Shown here in pieces: positions 37,989 through 50,440 of a DNA stretch of 64,000 nucleotides. The notes under the pieces are model-generated. The model was not told the DNA's origin, searched no databases, and saw nothing but the letters and a program-made list of their open reading frames with translations. How positions within the stretch are numbered: the stretch's first letter is position 1; each line of letters starts with the position of its first letter. The position numbers and the translations under genes are program-made. This stretch comes from Phyllobates terribilis (Eukaryota): NCBI RefSeq assembly GCF_046119375.1, contig NW_027362762.1:163060001-163124000 (forward strand). The letters run 5' to 3'.

Positions 37989-39661
37989 CAGTGGTCCCCA
38001 ACCTTTTTTGCACCAGGGACCGGCTTGAAGCAAGATCATTTTTCCATGGCCCAGCAAGGAGGGGGTGGGGTGGGCGGGGCTTTGGTCATATGGGGGCGGG
38101 GTAATGGAGGGATTTGGAGTTTAGTGCATACTTATCATATAGTGTAGACCAGGTCCCCGCCAGGAGCTATGCCAGGAGCCCCACATAATGTGCTGTGCCA
38201 GGAGCCGCATCACTGAGGCCCCATCACGCCCTGCAGCAGGACAGGGCAGCTGTCCTGACAGCTGCTGTTCAGCTGCATTTACTTCATCCCAGGGGCGGAC
38301 ACAGACTGTAGTGGGCCCCTGTGCAAGAAATTTTTGGGGGCCCCCCCCGCCCCTGTGCAAGAAATTTTTGGGGGCCCCCCCCCGCCCTTCATAAGGCAAC
38401 AAAGTTATGTAAACATAACCCCCCCCATGTGCATCTCTCACCCCCCCATGTGCAGCTCACCCCCCGTGCATCTCTCATCCCCCTCCGTGCATCTCTCATC
38501 CCCCTCCGTGCATCTCTCATCCCCCTCCGTGCATCTCTCACCCCCCACGTGCATCTCTCATCCACCCCCCGTGCATCTCTCATCCACCCCCCGTGCATCT
38601 CTCATCCCCTCCGTACATCTCTCACCCCCCCGTGCATCTCTCACCCCCCCCCGTGCATCTCTCATCTCTCCCCTCCCCCCCATGTGCATCTCTCATCTCT
38701 CCCCTCCGACCCATGTGCATCTCTCATCTCTCCCCTCCCCCCCATGTGCATCTCTCATATCTCCCCTCCCCCCCATGTGCATCTCTCCCCTGCCCCCCAT
38801 GTGCATCTCTCATCTCTCCCCTGCCCCCCATGTGCATCTCTCATCTCTCCCCTCTCCCCCATGTGCATCTCTCATCTCTCCCCTCCCCCATGTGCATCTC
38901 TCATCTCTCCCCTCCCCCATGTGCATCTCTCATCTCTCCCCTCCCACCCATGTGCATCTCTCATCTCTCCCCTCCCCCCATGTGCATCTCTCATCTCTCC
39001 CCTCCCCCCATGTGCATCTCCCATTCCCCCCACTCCTAGTTAATTGTATTTAAAAAAAAATAAAACTTGTTATACTTACCCCCATGCGATCCCTGCAGAA
39101 TCCTGGCGCTCGTCCAAATCGCTGACACCAGGTTCTCCTGCCTTCCGGTCATGTGACGGCGCCGTCACATGACCGGAAGTCAGAGGAATTATGAGATGTC
39201 CTAGACCCGGCGCTTTGCATGGGGCCGGGGGCCCCATGAGGAGAGAGACGCACAAGAGGGGGGCTCCGAGGGGGCTCCTACCGGCCGGGCCCCATACTGG
39301 AGTCAGGGCAGTCATGCCCTGATGGCGGCCCTGCTGGAGGCTGGAGGGGCCCCCTCTCCCTCGGGGCCCCCGTTCAATGAACCGGCTGCATGGGCGGTAG
39401 TTCCGCCCCTGCTTCATCCTGCTTCAGGACCTGTGGTGACATCACAGTTATGTACCTTGATGTCATCACAGGTCCTCTACAGGTCTACCCTGCGGGAGTC
39501 TAGAACAGCGGGCAGCATCCACCCCATACAGTGTGCTCTGAGCCACCGCAGACCAGAGCACACTGTCAATGTTTAGTGATTGTCTGTGGCGGTGCCGCGG
39601 ACCGGCTGAAAAACCCCAACGGCCCGGTCCTGGTCCGCGGACCGGCGGTTGGGGACCTCTG
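37989..39661. mobile_element. Non-autonomous hAT (Charlie-like) element, 1673 bp, perfect 8-bp TSD CCTTAGAG, inserted 35 nt into intron 4
   Basis: ccttagag|cagtggtccccaacc ... ggttggggacctctg|ccttagag (15-bp TIR, 1 mismatch). Confidence 0.9.
38419..39030. repeat. C-rich minisatellite inside the hAT element; units grow from ~20-21 bp to ~30 bp
   Basis: Core (c)nATGTGCATCTCTCA / (c)nGTGCATCTCTCA; later units add TCTCTCCCCT; produces the Pro/Ser/His/Cys pseudo-ORFs. Confidence 0.95.
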
Positions 39662-39825
39662 CCTTAGAGGTCGTTCGTTACGTTGATATTCTTTACTTGG
39701 CTTTGGAATAGGTCATTAATATTAACGTAATAGACAATCCTTTTTAAATTACAGTATAGTCAGTGTAAAATGCTGGAATTATTAAGAACATCTATGATGA
39801 TAGGTGTTCATCTGAGGATATAGTA

Positions 39826-40448
39826 CCGTGTTTCTCCTAAAATTAGACTGGGTCTTACATTATTTTTTCTTCCGAAAGATGGGTTAGGGCTTATATTTAG
39901 GGGATGTCTTATTTTTTTTCCATGAACAACATTCCACATTTATTCTTGAACATAAATATCAACATTTATTGAAATATGATTGCGTCAGNNNNNNNNNNNN
40001 NNNNNNNNNNNNNNNNNNNNNNNNNNNNNNNNNNNNNNNNNNNNNNNNNNNNNNNNNNNNNNNNNNNNNNNNNNNNNNNNNNNNNNNNNNNNNNNNNNNN
40101 NNNNNNNNNNNNNNNNNNNNNNNNNNNNNNNNNNNNNNNNNNNNTACACACCAGTTCCGGTACACCCCTGCAGGTAAATGACTTTTGATGACATCATGGT
40201 GACCGTAATGTGACCAAAGGTCCTTAAGCAGTTTTAACTTCAGAATAGAAATGCTGGGGGCCCCTAAGAGATTTGGGGCCCTGGGCAATTGACCAGTTTG
40301 TCGTCCCTCCCTAAAAGCTGGTCCTGACTATAACTAGGGCTTATTTTTGGAGTAGGGATTCTATTTGAAGCATTCTCTAAATCAAAAATTCTGTATTGTC
40401 ATGCTAGAGCTTATTTTCGGGGTAGGTCCTATTTTTGGGGAAACACTG
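39826..40448. mobile_element. Tc2/pogo-like MITE, TA TSD, spanning an assembly gap and a nested repeat fragment
   Basis: ta|ccgtgtttctcctaaaattagac ... gtcctatttttggggaaacactg|ta. Confidence 0.65.
39989..40144. other. Assembly gap (156 N)
   Basis: Run of N. Confidence 0.99.
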
Positions 40449-41454
40449 TATTTTTGCTAAAGATTTCTGTTCTTTTTTTTTTATGAAAATCTATCATTAA
40501 TAGTATAACCTTAATTCACTGTTTTAGGTTAATTTTTTAATGTCCTGTTTATTGTGATAATTATACTTTTTATGTTGTCTTTTTAGTGTAAACCTAACGA
40601 TCTTGTATTTATAGCATCCCAAATCCTAAGGACAAATCGCAAAGAGGGTTTTACGTCCATACGTGGGAGCCTGGGGTTTGTTCTGCAGCTTGGCATTTTC
40701 ACGTTTATGAGGCTGAGCATGGATGCGCTGTAGTACCAGGCACAATCACACGCCTGTGAGCTATGAAGATTGACTGCAACATGTTAAATAGTGTCCTAAG
40801 GTTTAACACAGGCCATCAATGTGTGACCGATAGAGTATTAATTCCTCACTGATATGCAGAACGATGGCCCTGGAGCACCATGGCTCCTTCATTGCAGAAC
40901 TGAATCGATAACTGTTCATATGACTGTGTCCCATCACTGCAACTCAGACTAATTCTCGACAGATGTACACCACAGATAACTGTGTGTTAATTTGTCAGAA
41001 TTGATGGCGGAGAGAAGAATTGCATAACCCCCTTTAATATAATGTGTAGGTCCAGATTTAAGATCCAGCCACACATGGAGGCAATGATGCGGCCATGGTG
41101 CAGCTAAAAGCTACATGTCCTTCTGAGCAAAATTTTGCAATTCAAGGTGTGCATATGTTTTTTTTTTAACACGTAAAGCATAAAAAATTGGTGACGAAAA
41201 AGCTTAACTGGTGCACTTCATAATACTGTTTGTAGGTTTTGATACATATGGCCTCACAATAGGATTTTATGCAGGTGGTGCCAAATTTGGGTTGATCTAG
41301 CCACTCATATCCCATATCCATGGCCAGCTGTAGGCTGCAGTGGGTGACCGTGACCAATGACCAGTTTGTATTTCCTTCTTCAGTCCAGACCTAAATCCTC
41401 TGTCTCCTGGCATGGTACACACCATATATAAGCTTTGTATCTCCTCCCTCGCAG

Positions 41455-41667
41455 ACACCTCATCCGCCTCCGAAGATGAAGGGTCTCTGAGACGTCAGGC
41501 TGCGCTTTCTGCTGTACTCAATCAAAGTTTACAGAATACAGATTGCTGGATAAATAAGTCTATTCAGGGCTCGTCCACGTCCTCTTCAGCATCATCTACA
41601 TTGTCACACGGGGATGTGAAGAGCACCAGTGGATCCTTAGCCGATGTGCTTTCCAATACTCACATAG
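41455..41667 (+). CDS. DIP2B: DIP2B coding exon 5 (213 nt, phase 1-1): DTSSASEDEGSLRRQAALSAVLNQSLQNTDCWINKSIQGSSTSSSASSTLSHGDVKSTSGSLADVLSNTHI
   Basis: ctcctccctcgcag|AC ACC ... CAC ATA G|gtaaaa; within ORF 41412-41687. Confidence 0.96.
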
Positions 41668-41895
41668 GTAAAAAAATAAAAAAATAATCCCCTTGTCTGT
41701 ATTGCTGCTTTCTAATGCTTATCCTTTAAGCAGTCATAATATATTTATGTAATTTATGATTTTACAGTTCAGCGCTTTGGGAAATAATTCTGGTAAAGTC
41801 TGAAAGTATCGGTCAGCAATATGGAGTTTAATGGAGTCATCATTTGTAAACCAAATACTTATTTTTGCCTGTCTGCTTAGTTATTCAATCATAAT

Positions 41896-42460
41896 TCAAT
41901 TATTTTTATTAAACCACATCATAAAAGAAATATGCTAGAGATTCAAACAGCAGATAAACCAATAAGTCAAGCAGAAATCAATAACAGTATACTAGTATTT
42001 TTATTTAAAAAAAGTATGAAGGAAGAAAAAAAGCTTAAAAAAGAGAAAAAAGTAAAGGTGCTGAGGCGTTGGACCATACTTAGTCTTGAATTGGTTTTGG
42101 TATCTGGTCAAGATCAGAATTCTTCAGATTCCTTAAACAGAAACCAAGTGCTCAATGTTCTGAAGAACTGGTCACTCCTGACATGGTCCCAGGCGATGAG
42201 CTCTTCCATCCTAAAAAGTTCCAGGAAGATGACTAGCCAGTCCAAAAGAGTAGGTATCTCTGAGGTCTTCCAGTGACGTGGGATAACCAAACGAGCTGCT
42301 TGTATTAAGAAACGCATTAGACCTTTCTTCAGTGAAGAGGGTGAGCCAGGCATAATGGATCGTCGGGGACCATCGGACCAAATCTGATCAAACTTTATTA
42401 TAGAGATCATTAATTGCTGACCACAAAGGAACAATTTTTTCACAGTGCGTCCATTATATG
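41896..42460 (-). mobile_element. 5'-truncated L1/Tx1-type LINE 3' end, antisense in intron 5; boundaries approximate
   Basis: ORF 42114-42443 RFLIQAARLVIPRHWKTSEIPTLLDWL...RMEEL...FFRTLSTW resembles the L1 ORF2 C-terminus; minus-strand AATAAA near 41905. Confidence 0.75.
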
Positions 42461-42831
42461 TGTGTATGAGTACCTATCTCTTTCCACATCTCCAACAGAA
42501 GTCAAAGCAGAGAGCAGTAGGGCAAATGAATGTCTACAGCTGTATTCACGTCTATGGATTTATGAGACCTCTGTTGGAGTTTGAGATACAGTGAATAGAG
42601 TTGTGGTCATGAATGCAAAGGAGGAGAACTTTTTCTTACTGAACAGATTCACCTGGACTATGGAGATTTAAACAGGCAGTGCTCCATGAAAAAAAAAGTA
42701 TCTGAACTAGCGCCTCCAGTTGGAAAATTACTTATTTCATAGTAACCACAGATAGGTGTCTGATTTTCCGAATAGATGATAGTTTTCTTTCTTCTAGAAA
42801 AGAGCAAATTTGTGTTTCAGCAAAAAGGGGA

Positions 42832-42931
42832 NNNNNNNNNNNNNNNNNNNNNNNNNNNNNNNNNNNNNNNNNNNNNNNNNNNNNNNNNNNNNNNNNNNNN
42901 NNNNNNNNNNNNNNNNNNNNNNNNNNNNNNN
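42832..42931. other. Assembly gap (100 N, probably a placeholder of unknown size) between DIP2B exons 5 and 7
   Basis: Run of exactly 100 N. Confidence 0.99.
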
Positions 42932-43681
42932 GGATTAGTCAGCATCTTACATAATTTTGGAATTGGAAAGAATGGTTTTAAAACAATAGAATGAGGCCCC
43001 TTTGGATCCAGCACCGGCTGCTCCGGTGGTCTGCCTTGGGGCAGGATGTTCTCTTCTTCAGTCACCGGACTTCTGAAGTATGTGATTGTCTGCAGCGATC
43101 TGAGTGACTGGAATATGATGTCATCAGACGTACATCTGCTGCTTGACTGGGTCTTGAGTTGTCCGTGCATGGGAAATACAACTTAGTGCAGTGAGCTGAC
43201 TGTGCCACTTATTTTTCTGCCTCTGATGATATCCCATTCCAGTCATCTGACAGCTGCAGACAGTCACAGGCCTCAGCAGTCAGGTGACAAAAGTCCTCAA
43301 TTCCTGCCCTAGTGCAGACCACTGGAGTAGCCAGTGCTGAATCCACAGGGGTGAATATGCCTCATTTAAGTGTTTTAATACCATTCCAATTTTTTTGATG
43401 TCAGAAAATCCCTTTAAGACCAAAAGGTAAATTCCACAACATATCAGCAAATTTAAAAAAATCCAAATGTTCTAAAATTTCCGGTTGTCAGGAACAGTTT
43501 GCAGTTGATTTATAGTTTAGCAATGGCTGCAGTTCCATAGTTGGGGTCCGTTACTTTATGGCATAGTATAAGCTGAGAGGTATTTTTATCCCTCTAAATG
43601 GCGCCATATTGTGAAATGCTGCAGATTCGCCCATCACCTGTGTGCTGTTCTGTGTATTACCATCTTGTTCCGCTGTTGCAG

Positions 43682-43801
43682 GCGTTGCCGTCAATAGCCG
43701 AGTGTCTACAAAGATCCAACAACTACTGAATACGCTCAAGCGACCAAAAAGACCACCATTAAAAGAATTCTTTGTGGACGATTTTGAAGAGATTGTGGAA
43801 G
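43682..43801 (+). CDS. DIP2B: DIP2B coding exon 7 (120 nt, phase 1-1): GVAVNSRVSTKIQQLLNTLKRPKRPPLKEFFVDDFEEIVE
   Basis: cgctgttgcag|GC GTT ... GTG GAA G|gtatcc; conserved KIQQLLNTLKRPKRPPL motif. Confidence 0.96.
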
Positions 43802-43865
43802 GTATCCTTTATCTGTCAGATGTTCACGAAGGATTTTTGGACATGTAGTCACATTCACTATTTAA

Positions 43866-44275
43866 AGAGGTTGTCCACTACCTTCGTATAGATTGCCTAT
43901 CCTTATGATAAGTCACCAATGTCTGATCGGTAGGGGTCCGACACCCGGCACCCCTGCTGATCAGCTGCTATCTGTTTCGGCGGCTGTGACTGCTGGCTGG
44001 AAATACTCACTTGATGAGATGTCTGCCTTTTGATAGTGGCCAAGGCTTGGTACTGCACATGCTCCTCCTATTCAAATCAATAGGATGTGGATGTGCAGTA
44101 CCCTGTGGTGGCCACTATCAGAAGACGGCGCCCTCTGCAAGTGAGCATTTACGCCCAGCGGTCGCCACGGACACCAATAACAGCTGATCTGCGCGGGTGT
44201 CTGACCCCTACCGATTAGACATTGATGACCTATCCTAATGATAAATCATCAATGCTAAAGTAGTGGACAACCTCT
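43866..44275. mobile_element. T2-type palindromic MITE
   Basis: ttaa|agaggttgtccactac ... gtagtggacaacctct|ttag, with long internal inverted arms. Confidence 0.8.
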
Positions 44276-44472
44276 TTAGTCTGTAGCAGTATTTGCTCTA
44301 GATACGTTGTTCTTGATTTTTAGGGCTTTAAAGGGTTACCTGATTGATATCGATTTGCAAAGAAAAATTTGGAAATTGTCCCATGAAGTCAGATTTTATG
44401 GCCTCTTTTACATATTGGGGGATTTACATTATTGAATGGAATTTACATGTTTGTTATGTTTGTACCACTCAG

Positions 44473-44670
44473 TTCCTAGGCCAGACCCTAACCAACCAAA
44501 ACCAGAAGGTCGCCAGATGACCCCTGTGAAGGGAGAGCCGCTCGGAGTGGTGTGTAATTGGCCGCCGTCAGTAGAAGCAGCTCTGCAGCGATGGGGAACC
44601 ACACAAGCAAAGTGTTCATGTCTCACCGCACTGGACGTGACTGGGAAACCTGTCTACACGCTGACTTATG
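44473..44670 (+). CDS. DIP2B: DIP2B coding exon 8 (198 nt, phase 1-1): VPRPDPNQPKPEGRQMTPVKGEPLGVVCNWPPSVEAALQRWGTTQAKCSCLTALDVTGKPVYTLTY
   Basis: accactcag|TT CCT ... ACT TAT G|gtacgg; within ORF 44436-44690; start of first AMP-binding/FAAL-like domain. Confidence 0.97.
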
Positions 44671-45910
44671 GTACGGTGACCAGAAAATAATGTCTTCTAC
44701 AGAGTTTCCTGCTTTTACAGCACTAGGAGTATTTGCTGTCCGTTTTAGAGCCGTGTTCTTACTTTTCTTTCTGTTTTGGAGCTTTGTGCTGCCTAAAAAA
44801 TCCTTAGCCCTCTTCTGGTGTATTGCATTCAACTACTGATACTTCTACTTAAAAAGAATAGGACAATGACCTTTTATTGAAATCAAGTTTTTGTGATTAT
44901 TATTATTATTATTATTTTTTTTTTTTTACGTTTTCACAATTTTCTTTTTTTGTTTTTCATATCACAATCTATATGGAAAAAAAAAAAAGAAATCTTGTAA
45001 TTTTCTCTTCATAGACTTTTCAGAAGTCTCATTATCATCACAGGCAGGATTAGAATGACAGGTAACTCCTCTATGCTCAGGTTATAACCCCGGATCCACC
45101 AATCACAATGGACAATACAATACTTGTGGATTTCCTGACAACACAGGACATTAAAGTCTAAAAAAGCCCAATTGGCCAATGTGAAAAATGCTAGATTTCT
45201 AATTATTTAAAATGTAAATCGTGATATTCAAAATTAAAAGTAATTACCCCCCATAAAAGACTTAATAAAACTGGATATATGGAAGCTGCATTTTATCACA
45301 ACTGCCAGTTTTAAAGTGAATCTGTGTCTTTCAACACCATGGTTTGTGTAGATTCATTTAATAATGTATTTTTATACTAGTTAGATTTACTTTTTAACTC
45401 CTTCACCTGCATAAACAGAGTTAGGATATGTGCGCACAATGTCTTTTTCAAGTGGACTTCGCATGGAATCCACCTGAAAAAGTGCTGCAAAACCGCCATA
45501 AAAAATTGAACATGGCGCACAGCAATGTGCAAACTACTTTGCTGTGCACATGTTCAGCCTTCTGTCATTTCTTTTAACCGCTTCATGGTTCAGAAGTGAT
45601 ATGCTCTTCTGGTGGCTTCTCTTGAAAGCCACCTGCTCTGATACACTTGAAAGGGAAAAGCAAAGACACCGGCGGTAGAGCTACCGGAAAAACAAACGGA
45701 CACCAGCGAAGCCGCTTCAGGAAAACAACCGCTGGTTCCACTGGTGTCTTAAAGACGTGGGAGCATACCCTCAAACAATCAAATTCTGTTTGCCTGATAC
45801 CACCACAAGGGGGAGCTTGGTGCGTACAAATGAATGACTTTGCTGTATGTATAGGTGGTATATGGTGGGGGTTTTGAGATTTGACTGTAAGATAACTTTT
45901 CCTATTGCAG

Positions 45911-46002
45911 GAAAATTGTGGACCAGAAGCGTGAGACTGGCTTACACCCTTCTTAATAAACTGGGGACCAAAAATGAGCAGGGGCTGAAGCCAGGTGATA
46001 GG
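45911..46002 (+). CDS. DIP2B: DIP2B coding exon 9 (92 nt, phase 1-0): GKLWTRSVRLAYTLLNKLGTKNEQGLKPGDR
   Basis: ttttcctattgcag|GA AAA ... GAT AGG|gtaagg. Confidence 0.96.
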
Positions 46003-46536
46003 GTAAGGTCATACTTTTTTTTATATTTGCATGTATTTTATGCGCTATTTTATTTATATTTTGTTGTTTTTTTAATTGAAAACAATGAATTTGGTTATCT
46101 GTTTATAATTACATATTTTAAGTAAATTTGGCTCAATTAACATTTGCGTTGTCGATCTCTGTTGGAGGTTCATCAAAAAAAGAAAAGTAGAAAAATTAAG
46201 ACAGACAGAAAAAGAAGACACTCCATTAAAATCAATATAGATCGTTAGTGACCTTTAGATTTCACAGATGACGGACCTTTCACGGCTTTAGGGCTGACAT
46301 AGATTTTATTATGACATATGTAAATTCACACCCTTTAAGCCCCGGACAACACCGATCTTTGTGGGATAAAAGCCTGAAACCTTAATAGACCTCTTTAAGA
46401 TCAGTCCATCCCATCACTGACATTTAGATCCATTGGGTAACAACTCCATCATAACTTGATGGCAAACTTAGGATATATTCCAGTGGAAAGCGATTCCTTT
46501 TGAAGTGAAGAAATACTCCTTTTTTAACACACTGGG

Positions 46537-47384
46537 AGAGTAACCATTGGTTTTTATTTTATGAATCAATAGTACACCTAAAAATAAGTAACTTTTGTAA
46601 TATATCTTATCAGCGAATTCTGCTGCTTTCTCCACCTTGATCTTTCACTCTCCAAAGTGTAAAATTTGTATTCAGTGAAGACAGACTTTCCCATTACATA
46701 GATAGAAGACGACAGTTGGTGCTTATAAGATTCTATGGAGAGGGGAGGAGCTAGAGGCAGACACTGACATTTTGCTGCAAGTTCTACTGAAATGACCGTT
46801 ACAGTTCTCGATACAATGAGCACAACTGCCAGATTTTATGTGAGAAATGAGACTTTGGAGAATTGAGAGTTCAGACCAGGAGGAGAAAGAAGTTGATTTC
46901 TCTTATAAGATTTATAAAGTTTCTTATTTTCATGTTTTATATTGATGTATGAAAAAAAAACCTGATGGTTACTCTTTAAGAGGACCAGTTACTTGCCATA
47001 AATACTATATATATATAATTTTTTTTTTTACCTGGTCTAAATGTCACGGTTCTAATTAATCAGTAGTTGTCTTTCTTTGTTCCTGCACCTCTGTGTTCCT
47101 GAGATTTGGCCCCCTCTTCCCTGTATGTAAAATTAAGTATGTTAGCCAAGGGGGCATGGTCACCAACTCTTTTCTGGGGTTCTTCCTGAGGATCTTGCCC
47201 CCTTGGTTAATAAGATTAGATTTATATCAATGGAAGATTTGCATATTTCCCACAGGAGCATTGCAAGGCTCCTCACATTGGCACGTCAGGCTTGACATGT
47301 CACTCTCTTCAAGGAGAAACGTTACCCCTTGGATCCCAGAGCAGATAAAGCAATTACATGTTAATTGAAAGTGACAGGTCCTCT
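46537..47384. mobile_element. Two T2-type MITEs in tandem (46537-46975 and 46980-47384) sharing TTAA at 46976-46979
   Basis: agagtaaccatt ... tgatggttactct|ttaa|gaggaccagttac ... gtgacaggtcctct|ttaa. Confidence 0.65.
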
Positions 47385-48953
47385 TTAATACTTGCTCTCT
47401 TTATTATTACTATTATCTGTGGTTTCTGTCTTTTTTTATGCTCAGAAATGTACAGAAGATTGTAAAAGCCAAATTCAATTATAATAATGTAGCTGTGGAA
47501 GTAACAAAGTAGGTCTCGGGAGACTTTTTATGATGTGTGTTATTTGTGCCCCAGGAAAGCTGAGCACTGGATGGAGAGATTAGCGGGATCTCATAGCCAT
47601 CAGCCCTGATGAACCCAATAATCTCACCACTTAGGATACGTTTCTTTGATGCTGATATGTTTACTATTAATTCAGAGAGAAAAAAAAGTTGAGTCAGTCT
47701 ATAAGGTTTCTCTCATTTTATGTAGCTAAAGCCTTTTTTTTTGTGTAATGAAATGTTATGCTACTTTGTAATATAACCAGTTAGGCCAAAAAAGTCCCAT
47801 TTTCAAACTGTATCTAGATAATGGTATCCAGCCAGTTACATTTAGTCTGAATGACTGGCTCTGCTGAGCCAAGGAACCAAGTGAAATTACCTTCTTCTTC
47901 AATATAACAATCCTATAAATTAGCAAACAGATCCTATACGTTAGGCTATCAGTTGCAACATGATTATAGTATGGTCTAAAAATTATCCTGCAGGACTCAA
48001 TTATACTGCTCAATATGAAAATTTAAGCTAAAGTCCTGTAAGCAGATGATGTAGACTTCTGTCTGGAAATTTTTCCACAAAACCTTAAAGGAGTGAGAAT
48101 TGGTACTTGTTTTGTTGTCCCTAATCCACCCTAAACTTTAGACCTACCTAAAAATTATATTTCTAGATTTGTTTTTGTTTTTTTTGTGTCAATCTTTGTT
48201 ACTAGTGTTTTTTTTTTTCATCACATGTGATAACGTTGTGTTTTATGTATTTTTGTGTCTGTCTTCTTGTCTTATCACTGCTGGCATGTACATCCATTGG
48301 ATGAGTATCTTCTTTTTAGACACTTGTCTAAATCTGTTGTATTCATTATATATGTATTTTTTTGGTGTGAATACCACTTTTATGCACATAAAACACAAAT
48401 TAAGTAGGAGACCATTTAGTGGGTTCCGCTGCGCCCCCTTTAGTCCTACAAGATGCTCTAATGTAAGGTTTATATTAAAGGGGTTTTCTGGTTTCAGAAA
48501 AGACCTGTTCTCAGGCAGTTTTTAATGTAAAAAAAATAACCCAATCTGTGTTTTACTCACTTGTATTGGGTCCAGTGGCATGTTTCCGCCGCTGCACCGT
48601 CTCTGTTGTTTGTCTGCAGCACTAATGTAAGGAAACACTGCTGCAACCAATCACTGAGCTCCGCATAGATGACAGCTCAATGATTGACTGCACTGCTGTC
48701 AATGATTTCAGCACTGCAGACAAACAACGAAGACCGCAGCAGCAGAGACTCAGTCCCCAGAACTCAGCAAGGGCGGGAAAAGTTCAGTTTTGTTTTATTT
48801 TATTTATTTTTTTTACAACAAACTCTGCCTGGAGACAGAACTTTTCTGAAACTGGAGAACACTTTAACTGTTGTCGCTGCCATCATTTTCATTTGTCATG
48901 TCCAATTCATTGCACCATTGTGGCTTTTTTTTGTGTCCTCCATTGTATAGACA

Positions 48954-49185
48954 NNNNNNNNNNNNNNNNNNNNNNNNNNNNNNNNNNNNNNNNNNNNNNN
49001 NNNNNNNNNNNNNNNNNNNNNNNNNNNNNNNNNNNNNNNNNNNNNNNNNNNNNNNNNNNNNNNNNNNNNNNNNNNNNNNNNNNNNNNNNNNNNNNNNNNN
49101 NNNNNNNNNNNNNNNNNNNNNNNNNNNNNNNNNNNNNNNNNNNNNNNNNNNNNNNNNNNNNNNNNNNNNNNNNNNNNNNNNNNNN
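48954..49185. other. Assembly gap (232 N) between two half T2-type MITEs (left end at 48479, right end at 49674)
   Basis: Run of N; ttaa|aggggttttctgg at 48475 and gtgataggtcctct|ttaa at 49675. Confidence 0.95.
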
Positions 49186-50440
49186 CAGTGATATGTCTGT
49201 TCCATGATGCCATGCTCCTCTGCGCAAACTTAGTTTTGGATGCAGAATAAAATAGTTACGCTTTACAACAGTCTCTCCATTTTCTAGAGCTTAAAAAAAA
49301 ACTTAAAAAATCACTATGTCAAAAGCTGCCAGTTTTTGCTCTTATTTTATTGTTTGTGCTCCTCCTTTTATTATAAATTTGCAATACGGTTCCAGAGATG
49401 GGGGCTTTTTATTTAGTGCTAGTTATTATGGTCTTTTACAAGGGTACGATGCTCACAGGGTAAAAATGTAGAACAGCCTAAATACACACCCCAGAGAATC
49501 CGGCGAGCCACGTCCCTTTGGTAAAGACCATTAAAATATAGCACTAAATATAAAAAATCATATCTCTGGAACCATACAGCGGATTAAAAATAAACAAAAA
49601 AGTTCTTACTCGGGATCAGTGGGAATAAAATAAGAACACAAACTGGCCACTTTAGACCTGGTGATAGGTCCTCTTTAAATGCTGAAGCACTGCATGTCCA
49701 GTATCATATATTCCACACAGCAATGTTTTCAGGAGTCAACTTTTTCAGTGCTATCGACATTGGTTCTCCTACTCTATAAAAGAAAAAACAGAAGATCCTC
49801 AGCTTACAGATAAGGTTGTTCTCATCAGTTTGTTTGTAGAAAACTCCGCTCCTCTGTCTCCCCTCCCGGCTTCCTGCTTGCCAGGGTGGGAGTGCATTGC
49901 TGATAGATTGGCAGATAGATTGATCTGTGCTGTGCACTGTCCAATGATACAAACAGAAGCATTTTGTGTCTGCAACATCATAGGAGCGCAGTAGTGGCAC
50001 TGAAGTTGGCTAGATCCTGCCAGCTATAGATCTACACTCACAAGCTTTATATCAAACAACTTGGAAAAACTGTGCTCGCTTCTTGCCTAGGAGACTGGCC
50101 AGCTCTCATAGAACTGCAGCTGTGGCTAGTAACCTAGGCAATGAGCTGTAAACAATAAAGTAAAAAAAAAAGTCCCTCCATGCTTGAAAACGCAGAGGAT
50201 TTTTAATTGCAGAGTTGCTTGTTTTAACATCACTGTGCAATTGTACCCATTGGAGTTGATAGGACAACATAAAGACCCACTGATTTCGACAGGACTAGCC
50301 AATCTTCTAATGTGTATGGGGCCCACACAATGATGTTGGAGGTCAGAAGGATTGGGCACGCTGAATTTTGATGACTGATCCTTTTGATCTCACAGAGGTT
50401 AGTCTGGTCGTAGTTTAGTCTCCACTCCTTATTGAAAACA

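Noticed and set aside
38321-39053. Longest ORFs in the track (239-240 aa, Pro/Ser/His/Cys-rich)
   Set aside because: Products of the C-rich minisatellite; open in several frames, with no splice signals or protein homology.
39989-40144. 156-N gap equals the recalled length of human exon 6
   Set aside because: It lies in intron 4 inside a MITE, the wrong position for exon 6; coincidence.
39959-40288. ORFs containing long X runs (also at 42776-43170 and 48680-49227)
   Set aside because: Artefacts of translating through N gaps.
42781-42831. Strong acceptor (ttttctttcttctag|AA) opening a phase-1 frame into the gap as candidate exon 6
   Set aside because: The peptide EKSKFVFQQKG has no resemblance to ENFSAPPDV; cannot be supported without gap closure.
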